The notes under the pieces: model-generated
What the model was told of the DNA's origin: nothing
The model's input: only the letters and a program-made list of their open reading frames with translations
The model's database searches: none
From: Fimbriosthenelais zetlandica
Lineage: Eukaryota
DNA: 64,000 bases
Direction: 5' to 3'
NCBI GenBank assembly: GCA_977030845.1
Contig: OZ365116.1
Coordinates: 15,562,001 to 15,626,000 of the forward strand
Position numbers and translations under genes: made by a program
In this document: positions 14,301 to 29,616 of the stretch, piece by piece
How positions within the stretch are numbered: position 1 is the stretch's first letter
Layout of the letters: each line of letters begins with the position of its first letter

Positions 14301-17300
14301 CACCCTACCCACGTGACCGGCACGTGTTCCTCCCAGGGAAATAGGCCGTAAAATGTAAGAGGGGACACGAACATGTGTAAAGTGACGGGCACATCTTGAC
14401 TCGATGATGATTGGTGAGTGTTTGTGTGTGGAGAGAAAAACTGAGAACAAATAACTCATCATTCAAGTTATTTGTATCATAAATATTTCCCCAATCAACA
14501 TCCTCAATTGTGATTACTCTACTTGTGAATTCCTCCTAATAGAAAGATGAATTGAATGAGCCATTATTTTTCATCCCCCGACAAATCAGGTTGGAGATAT
14601 AAAGGAAGAAAAATAAGATTTTCTCCCATGACATTGCCTGGATCATCCCCATAAGTACAACCAGTTTAGAAAGTACTTTTATTTTGAGTTTTATTTTTCC
14701 TCTCATTTGAGAGTGTAGTCTATGTATAGAGGGATTAAGGGTTAGTACCAGGTGAGTTATCTGAAGTGATAAGCTATCAGGCGAGCCTGCTGGCATCCCG
14801 GCCTGTAAGCAGAGATGTGGTATAAACGTTTACCTTGTGTTTAGAACAGGTAGAGAGGTGGTGAATAATTTATCACACTACTGAAGTCTCCTGTTTACAT
14901 CTCCCTCACAGCTTCCATTGATCCCCATCCACGCCCTACCAAATCCCTCACCACGGCGGCTCACATGTTCAATAAACTTGGCCTCATTGCCTGATAAATA
15001 TGGAGGGTAGAGAAGGTGTTTGCAGGCCAGGTGCCCTTAGAATGGTAGCGGTCAGTGGAGGGCAACAGCCAGTTACCTTGGGGCACACATAAAGGCTAGC
15101 CATCCACTAGGCTGGTGTATTTAACTGACTGGTCATGGGTAAGTGACTATCTCACCAATCGGCCTACCGGTACCTAGTGTGTCCACCCCTATCTACGGTG
15201 TGTTGGGTGTGTAGGGAAGGACTGGAAAGTTAGTGGACAAGGTGAGGATTATCCTACAAGGTGTAGGGTAACCAGAAAACAGCAAGGTGAAATAGGAGGC
15301 GGATTATGAGGCCCGCGAGGCTGAGGGGAATGAGGGATAAAGAGATGAGGAGATGTAGAGAGATGCTTGTCATTATAAATACACAGACAAGGTGACTGGG
15401 TGGAGGGGTCAAAAGTAGGCTTCATCAAGCGATATCTTCAACTTTAAATAAGCTTAATATTCTCTAAAATATGCAGAACGCGACATAGACAATGAGTGAA
15501 GGGGTCGGGTTTGAACATTGAATAAGTACCTATATGTTTAGGTTACTTTTCAGTGAGGGGCTTCTATTGAACAGGATGGATATTTAAAATTTCCTGGTTA
15601 TTATCTTACATTAATATATGGGAGAATAGTAAGATACTTTGTTTTGCGAAACCAAGTAGGATGAAGGATAGGAGGATGGAGGTGCATGTAGGCGGTTCTC
15701 CCCGCATGGAAACTGAGATTAGTTCGCAGTTTATCCACGCGGGGGCGGTACTGAGGTGCTTCAATAAGCCAAAGCCTGAAAGGTGCAGGTGACCATTTGG
15801 TATAATTTTAAACATTGTAACAAATAGTTGATGTATACTTCTTGGTCATGAGGTGACAAGGTGACAAGGTCAATGACTATTCTTGACAGAGATCATGACT
15901 CGGATTTAATGAACCACCAAGGTGGGTTCTGTCCCTCAATAATAACACAATGTCATGTCCCCATAGATGATCAGCTTTAATGTTCAAATGTGGGATATTA
16001 ACTGTGTAAGGTTGTAACATTTCACAGTTAATCATATAGGTTTTTATCTGTGAGGTTATAATCCTTTGTCAGTTCAGCTTAGCTCATCTTTGCGTGGCAG
16101 TTTTAAAGCTGATCTGCACTCAAGTGATTTTTTTTTTTATTAAATTTGCTACTTCTGACTTGAAACAATTATCTATTGCTTTCAAATGGTTTCTTGTGGT
16201 CATCAGATGTAAAACAATCAACCTGTCGGGTTGTGTTTTATTTCATATTTATATTTCAGACCAGCTAATTGTCAGACAAGTTAAGAGCATCAGCTCGATG
16301 CATCCAAGGCAGAATCTGCCATATTTAATGAGAACGAAGGAGTTCTGTTCTTCAGCATTCAGTAAAAAGAAGCTTGCTTGTTGTCTCTGCCAAACAAATT
16401 AATTATAACAAGTACTTCATTAACAACTGACGGAATTACCGTGATAAAGTTATTCTAATTATCTGGTAGAACAAAGCAAGCATAAAGAGCGTGAAGTGTA
16501 TAATTAACTCCCACTTTGATCATTTTATATCGTAACAGATCTCAGCTATATTATAGCTGACGCTAAAGGATGTTTCATAAAAAGTAATTCGCTTTGTCCT
16601 CTGTCACTACACTTATAGAACTGTGAAAATAAAATAGGTGGGAGTTGGTGAGAGGGGTTAGAATTATATATAGACGTTTGGTGCTGGGTGAGTGGGGTTG
16701 GTGGGAGGACCCCCTCCCACCTTTAAAATATAGGCTTTTCACTAATCAAGAGTGAACCCTAATATTGAATATGGGTTGTGTCCAGAAGCACTATAAGCTT
16801 TGATGGTTATCAAAGTTCTACATTGTAAATCATGAGAAATGACAAAAGGCTAGTGGACGATAGGCCATAATTAACACTACCGTACCTTATATTGGTCTGT
16901 AGACAAAGAGTTGACCAATAGGTAGTGGAAATAAGCAACACCTGTTTACCAAATAAACACAGTTTTGCATTATCATGACCATAAATTAAGGACGGCAAAA
17001 TGAAATGAAACGACGGTGAAGTCGTTAAGGCAAGCAGAAATATAGAGGAAAGAGAGGGCCTGAGTGGTCCATATAGATCTTATGGAAATCGGGACTGGAG
17101 GATCCAGATTTTCTCCCTTCGGACCGATACAAATTGGGACTGTGGAGACGGTGACCCCGGGCTAGCTTTAGTGAAGCCATGTAAGGCCAGCGTCACTAGG
17201 TGATCCTTGGAGCAGTCATTAGGGGCATCTTCTCTCTGTCTCCTCGCTCTCCTTCTCCGTCTCCTTCTCCTAACCCGTCACAAAATGGCCACTTAAGGGA

Positions 17301-17883
17301 CTGCTTGACGTCCGATCAAATTAGGGGCCAATAGTTCAGTCGGCAGCACTTTCAAGCCAAGTCAGCATTCTATAAGGACGTCCAATAATATCTCGGATAT
17401 CCAAATACAATCATCCTAAAACTTCCTGATTGCCTTGATGCAATCAAGTAGGTTTTTGCATATACACGTATAATAAAAGACTGGCTTCCCAGCTCTTTGT
17501 TCAGCCTCCTCAGCAAAGCTGCAACGGTTGCAGGTGTTGGTTTGGTACATAAGTACAAGTAGGGGAAGTGGTCAGTGGGTGGAATGGGGGACTTGACGAG
17601 TTAAAGTTTAACAAGGATATATGCAATGTCATAATGGTGAGACTGTAGTTAAAATTTGTAGTCGAGAGACCCAGAAATCTTGAGGAAAAAACAACCTGTA
17701 AGAAGGACATCAAGATTTATTTCAGAGAAGACAGTCCTCATTTCATGACGCAGTGGGTAAACGCCATATACATCCACTCTAATTACCTCATTCAATTTTA
17801 TCCTCACTAGGATTTATTTCTGCTTTTTATCCGGGTAGGGCAGATACAAATAAAAGAACTGTATGAAGCAAGGATAAAATGGA

Positions 17884-17905
17884 AGAGATGAAGGAGAGAT
17901 GAAGG
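17884..17905 (+). repeat. 11-bp tandem duplication (AGAGATGAAGG x2) in a purine tract
   Basis: Read directly from the sequence. Confidence 0.85.
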
Positions 17906-19156
17906 AGGGGTGGGGAGAAGGGAGGGATGGTGGGTTATTTAAGTTAAGGGGGGCATTTGGTAAGAGTACAGTTCCCCTGAGGACGGGAAGCGTGACTAGG
18001 AGGCTACGAAGGCAATCAGCCATTTCCATCCACTCTGTCTTTGTTATGTGCGAGTAATAGATAGGCGCTCAAGAAACATTTAATTCTACAGGAGACAATG
18101 TACAGAAACTGGCTTTTATCAATTGTTTCCCACATAAAGCTTCTTACAAAGGTATGCATGCATATATTGTGGAATATGGAATCTATGAACCTGCCTGCAC
18201 GGGAATGAAAGTATCCAAAATGCATTTGTTTCATTCTTCCTTAAGAGGAAACTTTACAATGATATAAATAATAGGTGAAAGAGTTTCTAGGGAAAAGGTT
18301 CGGGTCAAATTCAAGATACAGCCGAGAAAATTATAACAGAAGAGAATTCCTCTCATAGAGTTCTTGCACAAAGGTATAATGGTTAAATATTAGCCAGATG
18401 AGGCTTGCTACAGGAGATTGAGAGGTGCTCTAGTCAGAATTCAGTTAGGTAAAGTTGTCCACTCTTTCTCAAGTGATATAACAAGAGGACTGAAGTATAG
18501 GGTTGAAACTTTGGCACCTTCCAGCTCCACCCTGCCCCACCCTTCCACCACACCCCTCCACACCCATGTCCTCCCTCTTCTTGTTGCAAACGGCCAAATA
18601 AACCCCCTTTCACGCCCAGAACACTTCAAATTTCCCGCCCCCAGCTCCAGCGTCCCTACAGCCCTCAGCAAAAAGGTCATAAAGTCGCAGGGCCTTCACA
18701 TCTTTCCCCTCGGTTTGTTTACCTCATTTTCATTTGGCCATTTTGAAGTGAAAGGTGTGAGAAGTGAGTGTTGTCTACAGGGTGACTATAGATCCCTCAT
18801 GTTAATAATAGTGCAAGAATACAACCACTTCTTATCAAAAGTAGTGCCGCCTCCAAAGTGGAGGGCTAATACGCCACCTGGAGGCCCTTTCGGTGGAGTG
18901 ATAAATCTCCAATCCCAATAGCGTTACACTGGGTATTGACAACAAAGTAAGGGGCCCGCTTTTACCTAGGTAAACATAGGTTTCTAAGGCTGGCACACCT
19001 GCACTGACTATAGAGTCATCCTCATTAGCATGTTACTAAGGATAGCCTAGCAACACTAGTAGTGCGGTATTTGACGGCGCATTATTTAGAGGATCACTAT
19101 ATGGACTATAGGGTGCAGGTGTCACTTCAATAAAGCCACGTCCTTCAATCACCCGG

Positions 19157-19253
19157 CTTATCATTTTCGGTATGAATACCTGATTGCCTTATCATCAGAT
19201 AGGATGAGCTTATCACTGGGATTTCCTCTCTACATGGAGGCAGGGGCTGATAA
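19157..19253. promoter_or_regulatory. Homotypic GATA-site cluster
   Basis: CTTATCA at 19157, 19188 and 19209; AGATAG at 19197; TGATAA at 19248. Confidence 0.4.
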
Positions 19254-22200
19254 TATCACATAAATAAGTAAAAGTTATTTATCCAAATAACAATAAAAAG
19301 CCCCAAACTACCAATTTTTTCCATGAACTATGATGTGAATATATAGTTTACATAGGATTACCACCAGTGTTTTAACATATAAATGGATAGAGGTGTATTT
19401 TGTGGGTCTATGAGTGAGTGGTGGTGATAGACATGTTGGCGCCTGGAGCCTGGCTCACCTAGACATAGTGGCGACTGTATGTGTGACGTAGGCAGGGCGT
19501 ACCATGGAAATCCTCACCTTCTGACCTAGAGCAAGTGAGAGATCTAGTCACTGACATGATCCTTTACTTCTATACGTATATCTATACTGATAAGGCGGAG
19601 ATCAACTTGATTATACAGGCCTATATCCAAGTGACAAATCATGACATTTGGTATGGTCTCCAAATATATTCATTATAGGACCCAGATAAATAGAAATTTG
19701 CTATATTCTGCGTCACAAAAATTACTATATTTCATAAAGTTTTACTTAAGAATTTATGCATTCAAAGAGAGCCGTGAGAAAGTGAAACTAATATCAAGTT
19801 CAGTGTAGATTGAGGTTTGTCTATCTGATTATAACTCTTGACTAAATATTATCAAAGAAAGAAAGACATTAATATTCAGAAGGTCCTGCCTATTGTCCTG
19901 CTTTGCGGAAACACCTCAAAGGTACCGCGGCACAGAGCTGGGCTCAAAGACTGACTCCCCAGCCGTATTTAACAATGTAAATTCCAGAGAACACAAAAAG
20001 CCCAGACACTTCAACCATTCTATAGGCAGTCTTTCGGAATCTGCTTCATTCACTTCTATTGGTAAGGACTTTTGACAAACAGGATAGAACATAGCGTATG
20101 AGCAGTAGAATGCGGGCTTTATGAATGATTGAATGATGAATGATTAGTGTTGCAGCTTTAACAAAAGCTATGTCATCTTGCTCTCTGGATTTGTTTGCAA
20201 TTCAGAATTTGCAATTATATTGCTATAGTGCATGAGCATTTCATGCAAAGCGTAAAGCAGATGCTGCCATTACATGAAATCACTGTAAATCCTGTTATAT
20301 TATCAGTCCAACCAACTACCCCTTCACTATACAGTTAGCACTAACTCAACCTATTGTGGCTGCCAGTCCCGATGGAGTTGGTCGAGCAAACAAAGCGTTT
20401 ATTATGAGTTTACTGTGTGATTTTTAATTTCCTTCCCTGCCTGTACACCTCTATAGCTGACCGCCCCGCTCCTTGCCTTAGCTTATAGTACAAGAACACA
20501 TTAAGGCGGTGTAGGGCGCGTCTAGCACAAAGAGACAAGTTAGCTTTGGTGTGTTGTGTGAGGAGAGGCGTATTGTGACTTTTACCAGGCTCACAGCTAT
20601 GTTTGATATGAACACACATGAATAACACTTCCTTCTACACTCTCTATATCTATTAATCTAACTTTCTCTCTCACACCAATTTATAACATTATTTCGCTTG
20701 CTATTTTGGTTCTGCCTATAAGTTTTTGAAAAGGGCCTCACTACCATTTCATGTGGCTTCTTTCATTTTTAATATTCTTAATAGAAGCATGTTCAGAGCA
20801 GAAACAATGCATACATATACAATACAACTGCATGTATATATAAGAGCAAAGACCATTGGCGAGCTGTTGGTGGAGGGAGGGAGGTCAGAGGTACAGTGTA
20901 TTGGTATAGAGGGCTGAATATTGACCAGGGTCTGTTTCCATAAAAGAAAACGCAATCTAACCAACACAAAATCACATTAAAAGTTTTCAGAAAAGAAATC
21001 CGTTATCAATAGCAGTTGCAATTCAAACACAAAAAACAATATTGATATCATCGCATAGAATGTACATGCATCACTAATTAAAGGCTAAATATTAGCAACC
21101 TTGCCATGGTTTTAGTTTTTACAAACATCCCCCTGGTGGTGGTGCCCCGGTCAGTGTTTGCTGACCAGCAGTGGACATGACTTCCTCCTGTGTGGACCCA
21201 TGTCAGGGCAGAGAGAAGGCCAGGGTCAACTTACTCTATAAATAGTCTCTCTATCAACCCACCCTCAATTAGAACATCTCTTATACTATATAGCAATAAG
21301 CAGAATAGTAAGGGAAGTATTTATGGTTGAATCTAAGTCAAGCAATACTTCATTGAAAAAAATTTGATGAAAATTATTATAAGTGATGCTAGTCCAGGAG
21401 GGTATATTAGACTGAGACTTAATAACTAATTTCAAACCATGCAGAACATCTATGAAGTTTACACATACCAAGGCAACCTTTCAAAGGTCAATTGTCCCCT
21501 GATCCATCTTGCAACGGAAGAAAACATTTCTCATTGATTTAGAAACGTCTCTGTGCACAGACACACACTAGCAGAAGCTACACACACTAGCTGTAGTTTC
21601 CCATAAAGAAATAATGGACTTTCATCTCCCATCAAATCTGAAAGTCAAACAGGCGGTAATGTTTTTAGCACCAGCTCCCATGCCCCATTTAAAATAAACC
21701 ACCCTCCCTGGTCTAACATGAAGGGTCAGCTGATCGGGTTATGGGTTTTGACAATGTCAAACTATAAACAATACCTATACACAGAACATTAGACGGTCCA
21801 CACCCCACCAGCCATACTGCCTGCTGCCTCGACCTTCTCTCGTGGAGATGGTGTCTATATAGGAGGGCCTCGTGATCGCGGATCACTGGCGCTGTGATCG
21901 TCTTTATACACCTGTCCAGCACGTACTCATGATCACAGTTCACACCTATATACACCTTTAACATGGATGGTAGCAGGCATGAAAGGCACGGAAGACACAC
22001 ACCTGGACAGGTGGCATGATCACCTTTAGATCCCCGTGAGAATTGGTGGAGAAGAGTCAACCACCAAGGATGCAGCATTTTTCCAGCCCTAGATACATGT
22101 AGAGCTACCTCCCAGGGTGAATTTTGTGGTTAGCTTCTCCTGAGGTACATTTCTAAGATTGTCATGAGGTTTGAGGAGGTCATGAAGTTGCATGATTAAT

Positions 22201-23345
22201 GATCTTGGGTGGAGAGGAATTTCTAAGGAACCATTGGACAGACAGTTGAGAATTCCCAATGACCCCAATGCAGCCTTAATTGAATTCTTACAATTAAAGC
22301 TGGAATAACTGAACATTCTACTGCAACTGATTTCCAGCTGAGGGCATTTTGATGATACAATATTATATAGTAGGTCAGCCCCAAGTTTTAAAACAAAATT
22401 TCATACATAAAAATACTGTCATGAAGCTCATACAAGTAATGATGAAGCAGTGAGATTGAGGGTGTGTGACATGATGACAGTAGTGAGCAGGTTAACGGTA
22501 TAAAGTTAACTGACACCAGTAGTAAACTCATCAGGTGTTCAGCTCAGGTGTCACGTGTTTACCTTTAACACCTCTGACTGGCCAAGAAGGCTCTCAGCTA
22601 CTAAGTCACTCTGCCGTGTGAACCAGGCTTCTCTTCTCATACTACAGCAAACAAGACGGGGGTTGTGGGGGATCCCCATTCCTCCCCTTATTCACATTTT
22701 TCTCCCCCTTATATATAGCCACAATACTCATAAGATGCATCTCCACAGGTCCATATGTCAAACGTTATTAATAAAACAGTCAATTCAGACGTTTTCTTGA
22801 CTGCAACATGCATGGAAATGTGACCAAGTGACCACAAATGCATGCAGCTTTAATTAAATTATTAAATAATATTCTACATTGAACAATTGCCGCTGAGACT
22901 TCATCGGAGCTCTACCTTTAAGTTATGCTCAATATAAGATAGCGGGGCATAGACCACTTTACCCCCAGCCCTTCCAAAACAAATATCTACCCCTCAACCC
23001 CATTAAAACCAATATACACCCCTTCCACCACCCGTCTCTCCCCTAGCTCTTCCCTTCCTCCAGTCTCCTGATAGTAAAGCAGTCACCCTTTACCCGGCCT
23101 CCCATTTACAGCTGAATATGTCGTGGGGATTATCCCCTCTAAGTAGTGAGCCCCTGGTATTGGGTCTACACACAGTTAGTGGGCCTCACTGCCCCGTGGA
23201 TCCATTCCCCTCACTCAAAGGTCATACGCCAATGACCTCAGCTTGACCCATCAGGTCATCTGCTTTGACCTTGTGAAAGGACCTTGTACCAGCTTTTCAA
23301 TATAATTAGTGGCTATGGCAGAAGCTTTGGTGTGTGATTGTGTGC

Positions 23346-23408
23346 GGGGTGGGGTTGGTGGGGTTGGTGGGGGGGGGGGGGGGTGTATGTGTGTGGGGGG
23401 GTTGGTGG
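23346..23408 (+). repeat. G-rich tract with G15 run; G-quadruplex-compatible
   Basis: GGGG-T-GGGG-TTGGT-GGGG-TTGGT-G15 (23369-23383), followed by G7 and G3. Confidence 0.75.
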
Positions 23409-26400
23409 GTGTTTGTAGTTCGTGGACTAACAGTCGTGGAGGAATGTAAGCGATCAGGAGCTATGCCAATAGGAAGAATAGGGAGAAGGGAGGGATAGAG
23501 GAGGAACAAATCCCCACAATTAATGACTAATCACTGGTGGAGGAACAGAGGGTGTATTCATGCTGGACAACGCCAGTAAGTCATAGTACAAGGCCCAGAA
23601 ATACCCACTCCAATACACAATGCTGTAATGCCTATCAACTGAATATACCATCTACAATTAAAGGATCTTATATCAACTATCATTTAGGCCCAATAAAAAT
23701 TGCATATTGAGGAAAAAATAAGTCATAGATTATATTCATTTCAGAAACTCATTGTAATTATATGGGTGAGGGATTCCGAGATATTAATGGACTGAACAGA
23801 AGTAATATTCAGAAATAATGCAGGAGTATATTCTCTCTCGCCATTTCTGGTCAGTCAATGACCATGATAGGCCTAGATAGAATTCATCAAGGACTGTGGA
23901 TATTTCAAATGTTTGTTTTTCTGGTTTTCTCCTTGGAATATCAAATGGTGATAAGTAGTGTTTGAACAGTGATCGAATCAATTCATATTTGCCATATGAG
24001 GGTCAGAATGGCTGATCGCGCATGCGTGGGCATGAGTTTATCATTTACACAGTCACACACGGGCGAGGCAAGGAGGTAGAGGCACAGATGTGGAGAGTGC
24101 ATGCTCCCACGATCCCACGCATCCTCACACTACCCCTCTATATATGACAACATCATATCATTACCTCCAAATAGCAATAAGATGAAGTTTTCAATTAGAA
24201 AAATTCCCATTTTTATATTATAATTTTATGATCTTACCCTAATTAGTCACACTGCATTTAGCTCAAAGTTGGGCTCTCTGGTGCTTGTTTCATGAAGAGA
24301 AAAATGGTAAGTAATGACCCCTTAAAGGATAGCTTTAAGAGGTCTTGGTCACGCCTTGGTGGCATTTGATACTTATTTGAAAAATACATTAAAAAATCTT
24401 AGATAGAAAATACTCTGTGTAAGAGCTCATACAATTGTGCATTCCGCTGCAGATTGCTTGGAGGTGGCTGTTATTTTGGTCGGGGATTAATTTTGATTTG
24501 TTTTGATAACCTAGGTATGCACGAATGTCGCCGAATCAAAGAGATCAAAGGGCAAAATCATACGTGCAGATTGGAATGTCAAGTGAGCAGGTTAAGAGCA
24601 TCACAGACTTGCCTGGCTTAAGGACACCTTGGTCAAAGTGTTGATTGATACCTCCAAATGGATTATCTTCTAAACCTTTCTTCTTCATTATTCTTATTCT
24701 GATTTACTTTATCATAGCCCCTCTATGCTCCTATATGTTAGAGCCCTATGGAATGTTTAAATAAGCAGAAATCAAACCATTCCTCATTGTTGAGAGCAAT
24801 AGAATCCTCAAGAGACCTTAACTCTGGACAAACGGAGAAATACTTTTATAAGCCTGACAATGGGTGATTATGCTATTACTTCTTCTGCCTTTATCACAGA
24901 GAACCACTAAAACTCCCATTATTGGCCTTTTTCTAATGCAATAATTCAAACCGGAAGCCCCATTGAGCTCAACAAAGGCAGTTCGGCGGTAAGGCCTATG
25001 TCAACGGCCGCCGTCAACGGGACCTATTGTACATGAGGGCCCTCGGCGCGGGCATAAAGTGCTTTTCGTTTGTAGGGTAACATTACATGGAGAGCCCTTG
25101 ACGGAATGAGAAGTAGGCAAAAATAAAAAGTCTGCTAACACACAGATGTTCTACCTCTGCCGTGCCGTTTGTGTGGAGTTTGTGGCAGTTTGGTTAGGTG
25201 GACGTAACGCTACTCAGGCTGGGCAATGCTGAGCTGTCTGGTCAGCCACTAGGCACGCGTTGTCAGTCTCACGTACTCTCCACAAGGGGGAGTTGGTAGC
25301 TGGAGAGGGGGCAAAGTAATCAGTACTCAATATGAAAGGGGTAGGACTCGAGTGATCCTTGGTCTATATCTCCAGGTACAATAACTGGCTATAATGACTT
25401 AATCCTCTTTAAGAGGCGTATTGAAATTCGTCTGTGGTCTTTGTGAAGTTTGGCTGTCCAAAGAGCTTCAATTCTTTTCAAAAATCGTTAATAAAAGCAC
25501 CATATATATGTTTATATGGGACGTAACATAATACCATAAACTATATGGTTAGTTTTTCTTCTATGAGAGAGTGTGACATTCATAATATTTCATTCTTCCC
25601 TCACGACTAAAAACTGTCTGTAAGTAGTATATGAAATGTGTGTACAGACAGAAGTGTATTCATCTCTTCCCTGTCAGGGGTAGGATTCTTCTTGGATGCC
25701 TTTCTTTTCATAAGATTGTTTTTTATTCTGCCCATAAGCCATGAATTCCCATACACACAACGTCACTGCATGTGGGAAGAATCAATGGGGTCACGACGTT
25801 GCGGGGTGAAATAGTTATCACTTCCGGTGAGAGGGGATATTATTATGGGATGGAACAATGGTGGAGGGTCTGAGAAACCAAACCTGCACAGTCAACATTA
25901 AAAAGACAACATCTTGTCAATTGAAAATCGTGTCAAAACGAGGGAGGATAGCGAGGCCCTGGTGAGACTGTATTACGAGCTAATCAGCGTGCTATAATAG
26001 CTTCCCAACCATACGTCAACACTGCAAGTGTGAAAATGCAAACCAAGCCCAGCAAGGCGAGATATTGGAGGTCATTTCCCCTCCTCAAGGTCAACTGATA
26101 TCACCTAAGCTGGCGGTATTTTTTCTCCTGGAGAAATGTAGACAATGGGAAAAGTTACGCTATGGTGGCATGTGGCGCGGGTAATTAGAAACGTGCATTT
26201 GATCCAAGCAGGAGGAAATCGATGAATATATTGGCCAGCCAAACGTCGTATGACTTGTGGTTTTGCTTGTTTTCGTGACCCGCCATAAACAGCTGCTACT
26301 TATCATTGTTCTCCTACCAACACCATGATACCGCCACCCGATAAGACTAATCAATACAAAACAGATTGTTTCTAGTCATGATATACTTATGCTAAGTGAT

Positions 26401-29400
26401 GTTATTTTCTCAATTCAATGCAAAAAGTAAACTTGATGATAAAGATGATATGGAGGAATATCCAGGGGTGTAGCTAACAGGTTCTCATCCATTATTCACA
26501 AGTGAAATACTCTGGCAACTCGAGCAGCTAACTTCATGTTGATCCGAATTAATTTCAGGCATCGGAACACAGAATCCCCTCTTCAAAATCCCTCGCTCCT
26601 CACCCAAGATTTGCCTATGTATATCAGCCTGACACCTCTGACAGAGAGACAGCACTGCTCACAGGGCTCCCACTATGTTTACCTCCATCCTATTTACTTG
26701 AACGATATTTTCTTGAGTTTTATGATAATTAGGGTTTACTCTTTATTTCTGGAGCGAATCGCTGCTTTTGGCCTTGCTGGATTATGCATCAGAGGGGGGA
26801 TTTTCATGTTCATTTTATTCCCTCTGAAGTTTGCTATGTGCTAAGCCCCGGCAAAAAGTTGACATATCAAGTTAAGCTTTCCCGCTCACTCGGGTGTACG
26901 ATTTCAAGGCGAAAATATATAGCAAATACAGCCTTTCTGAATAAAGTAGGGATTAACTTATTTTTCTCTTTTATATTTTTTATCATTTGACCAGTTGAAT
27001 ATCTGTATCATATCGTGTTGCATATTTATATGCATTTTAAAAAATCCATGAATATTTATCAGAGAGTTTGGGTGTGGAACTCCTGTCATTCATTTATGAC
27101 ATAAAAATAATATTCTATGAATTGAATACTTCAAGTTTCATTCAGCTTAGAAAGTTCTCAATCCAATACCCATTCATTGTTTTAATCATATTCTGGCCTG
27201 ATCTTTTCTATCTGGGGCACATCTAAAAAAACATGCACTACTCCAGCTCTTATATAGAGAGAGTACATGGTTACATACATGTAACACAACCATGACTGTT
27301 TGTTATGAGAGACGCCCCTGAGGGCTGATTATATTCATCTATGGGATGTTGAGGATTATTGTGAGGCTGACATGAATCACTTATCGGAGGTGTCAATATA
27401 ATCAGATTGTGAATTATCCTCACTACTCAGATGAGAGATGGTTAATCAGTGGCATGTATAAAGCAGTTATTAGAGGTGTGAGGATAACATGAGACTTAAT
27501 CATGAGCTGACTAATAAAGTCACCTAACATTCACCACTCTCTTAATTATATATCATTCATAAAAATACTATAAATTATTAAATATCAGGCCTTATGTACA
27601 TACATCCATATCAGATTGATTTGCAATGAAATAATGATATGGTATTTATTTATTTCTTTAAGTGGATTTTAAAAATATTGTTACGGGTTTATTTTTTCAA
27701 ATCTTCGAGGAAAAGGAAGGTATTTGTTTGGAATAGGTCAGCGTAATAGAAACGAACTTGCAAACTTGATATTTTATGATATGGCGCCATTATACAAGTG
27801 AACCATAAACCACGTTCGTGGTATCCCCGCCAACTATAGTCATACGTCGCGTCAGAGATATATGACTTGATTATCTGACAATACATATCAGGTATAGAGA
27901 TAAGGACAGATAGGGTGGAGGTAGGTCTATAGACAATGTGTATAGAGGTATATTAGAGTGTGTATGTGGGACGAGGTGTTCCCCGGCCGGGCCAGCCATA
28001 CTGTCGCCGTGAAGGACCTACTATCAGTAAAGGGACGCCACTGTGTCTACCAGGTCTGCGCTCACCGTCTGGGGGATACCACCTATACCTCTACATTCAT
28101 ATCTCCTCCCACCTCTCCTACCATTTATTACCATGCTGATGATTCATACTTCAAAAGCAGGTAAAAAAAGGATATCCACAGCCTTATTAGACCCATAAAT
28201 ACACGCTAATGTATCCAATTATTAATTGGATATCATAAAATATTATATAATGGATAAATATTAAATAATGAGTCTCAGTTCCCAAAGACAGAAATATTAT
28301 ATATGTGGCACACTTTTCATCCATTTAACATAGTTATTTTCCAGGAATGGACACTCCCAACATTCATGTATTGATGTTATCAGTTTAAATTGCAACTGTA
28401 TAAATATGAGGAATTTTCACATGTCAATATCCAGGAGTATAGTCACCTACACAGAGTGTCCCTCTGCCCTTGGTCATATTTGTTTGTCCATTATCTCACA
28501 GTCAGAGGTCATCTTATCAAAGATTGGAAAATCACATCAACTATAGAGATTATAAAATCACCCATACACTCCCCCTCCCTCCCCCATGCATCTCAGGGTC
28601 ACCTTGGCCATGGATTGAGTTAATCAATCTCCTTCTTTCTCTTGTATACAAGATATCATCTGATATGCATATGTATGTATACTTGTGTCACACCATCATA
28701 TGGATGTGGCTTCTGATAATGAAAGTACATATTTCCAAGCAATAATGGCGCATTTATTTGATAATAATCCATTGGGGAATTAATGACTGAATAATGGAGC
28801 CATGGTGGTCCGCATCACCAGGTGTATGTAAGGGGCAGATGTAGGGTCAAATTAATATTTGCTTTTGGTCCTATACGAAAAACATTTCCTTATTTTTTTA
28901 AGACTTCAGGGAAAGGTGGGGGCTTGAGAGGGATTACTGTTTCACAGCTTTGCCTCTTCTAGTTAGACCAGTGTTTGGTCAACCTAGATCAAGTTTGTTT
29001 TCTTGACTTTCAACTCTTAACTCTAAGGTATGCCTATACAACATGTTAGAAGAGCAGAAAGTCACCCAGACGGGCGAAATCTATCACAAATAGATCAGTT
29101 CTGGCTTTAAATTATTCATTTCTTACAAACAGAAGGCAAGAGATATCATTCACCGAATGACAACGTGATATGGACTTAAGCAATTACTTGAACTCCGCTA
29201 ATTTACTGATTTCAATTCTTTGAAACGCCCAGGATATCCATCCATCTGCTAAGGAAAGCCATGTAGGAAGCCATCTACAATCCATGCAGGTGATGTGATA
29301 TGGATCAATTATTTTTATTGGAACATTGGATTAGCAAAAGGAAATCCAGATTCCAGTCCTGCACTTTTGATTAACATAAGAAAAGATCATCAGAAGGACA

Positions 29401-29616
29401 GCCAACCAAGGGGTGGGAAATCAATGGAGAGATCAAAAAGGTTCAAAAGTGTAAAGGGTGTGTGAAAGTGTATGTAAGTGAAAGGTGTGAAGAGACAGAG
29501 AGTGAGCGACCACTGCGGACAGTCACAAATGAACACCTATTCACACTCGCTCATGCATTAACACCCCTTCAACCTCAGCTTTAACTCTCGTACGTCGCAG
29601 CTCTTCCGTCCGGTCG

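Noticed and set aside
15850-15880. AGGTCA/TGACCT-rich words here and at ~23240-23275, ~40925 and ~48975-49020 as nuclear-receptor elements or a repeat family
   Set aside because: Scattered, inconsistent spacing, and flanks do not align by eye; cannot be called as a defined element.
18871-18884. CTCF-like word (also at 61644-61657)
   Set aside because: Only about 12/14 matches to a degenerate consensus; needs PWM scoring and is expected by chance.
18418-18921. 167-aa ORF on the + strand
   Set aside because: The Pro/Ser/Thr content comes from a C-rich low-complexity tract; no family motif and no clear splice context.
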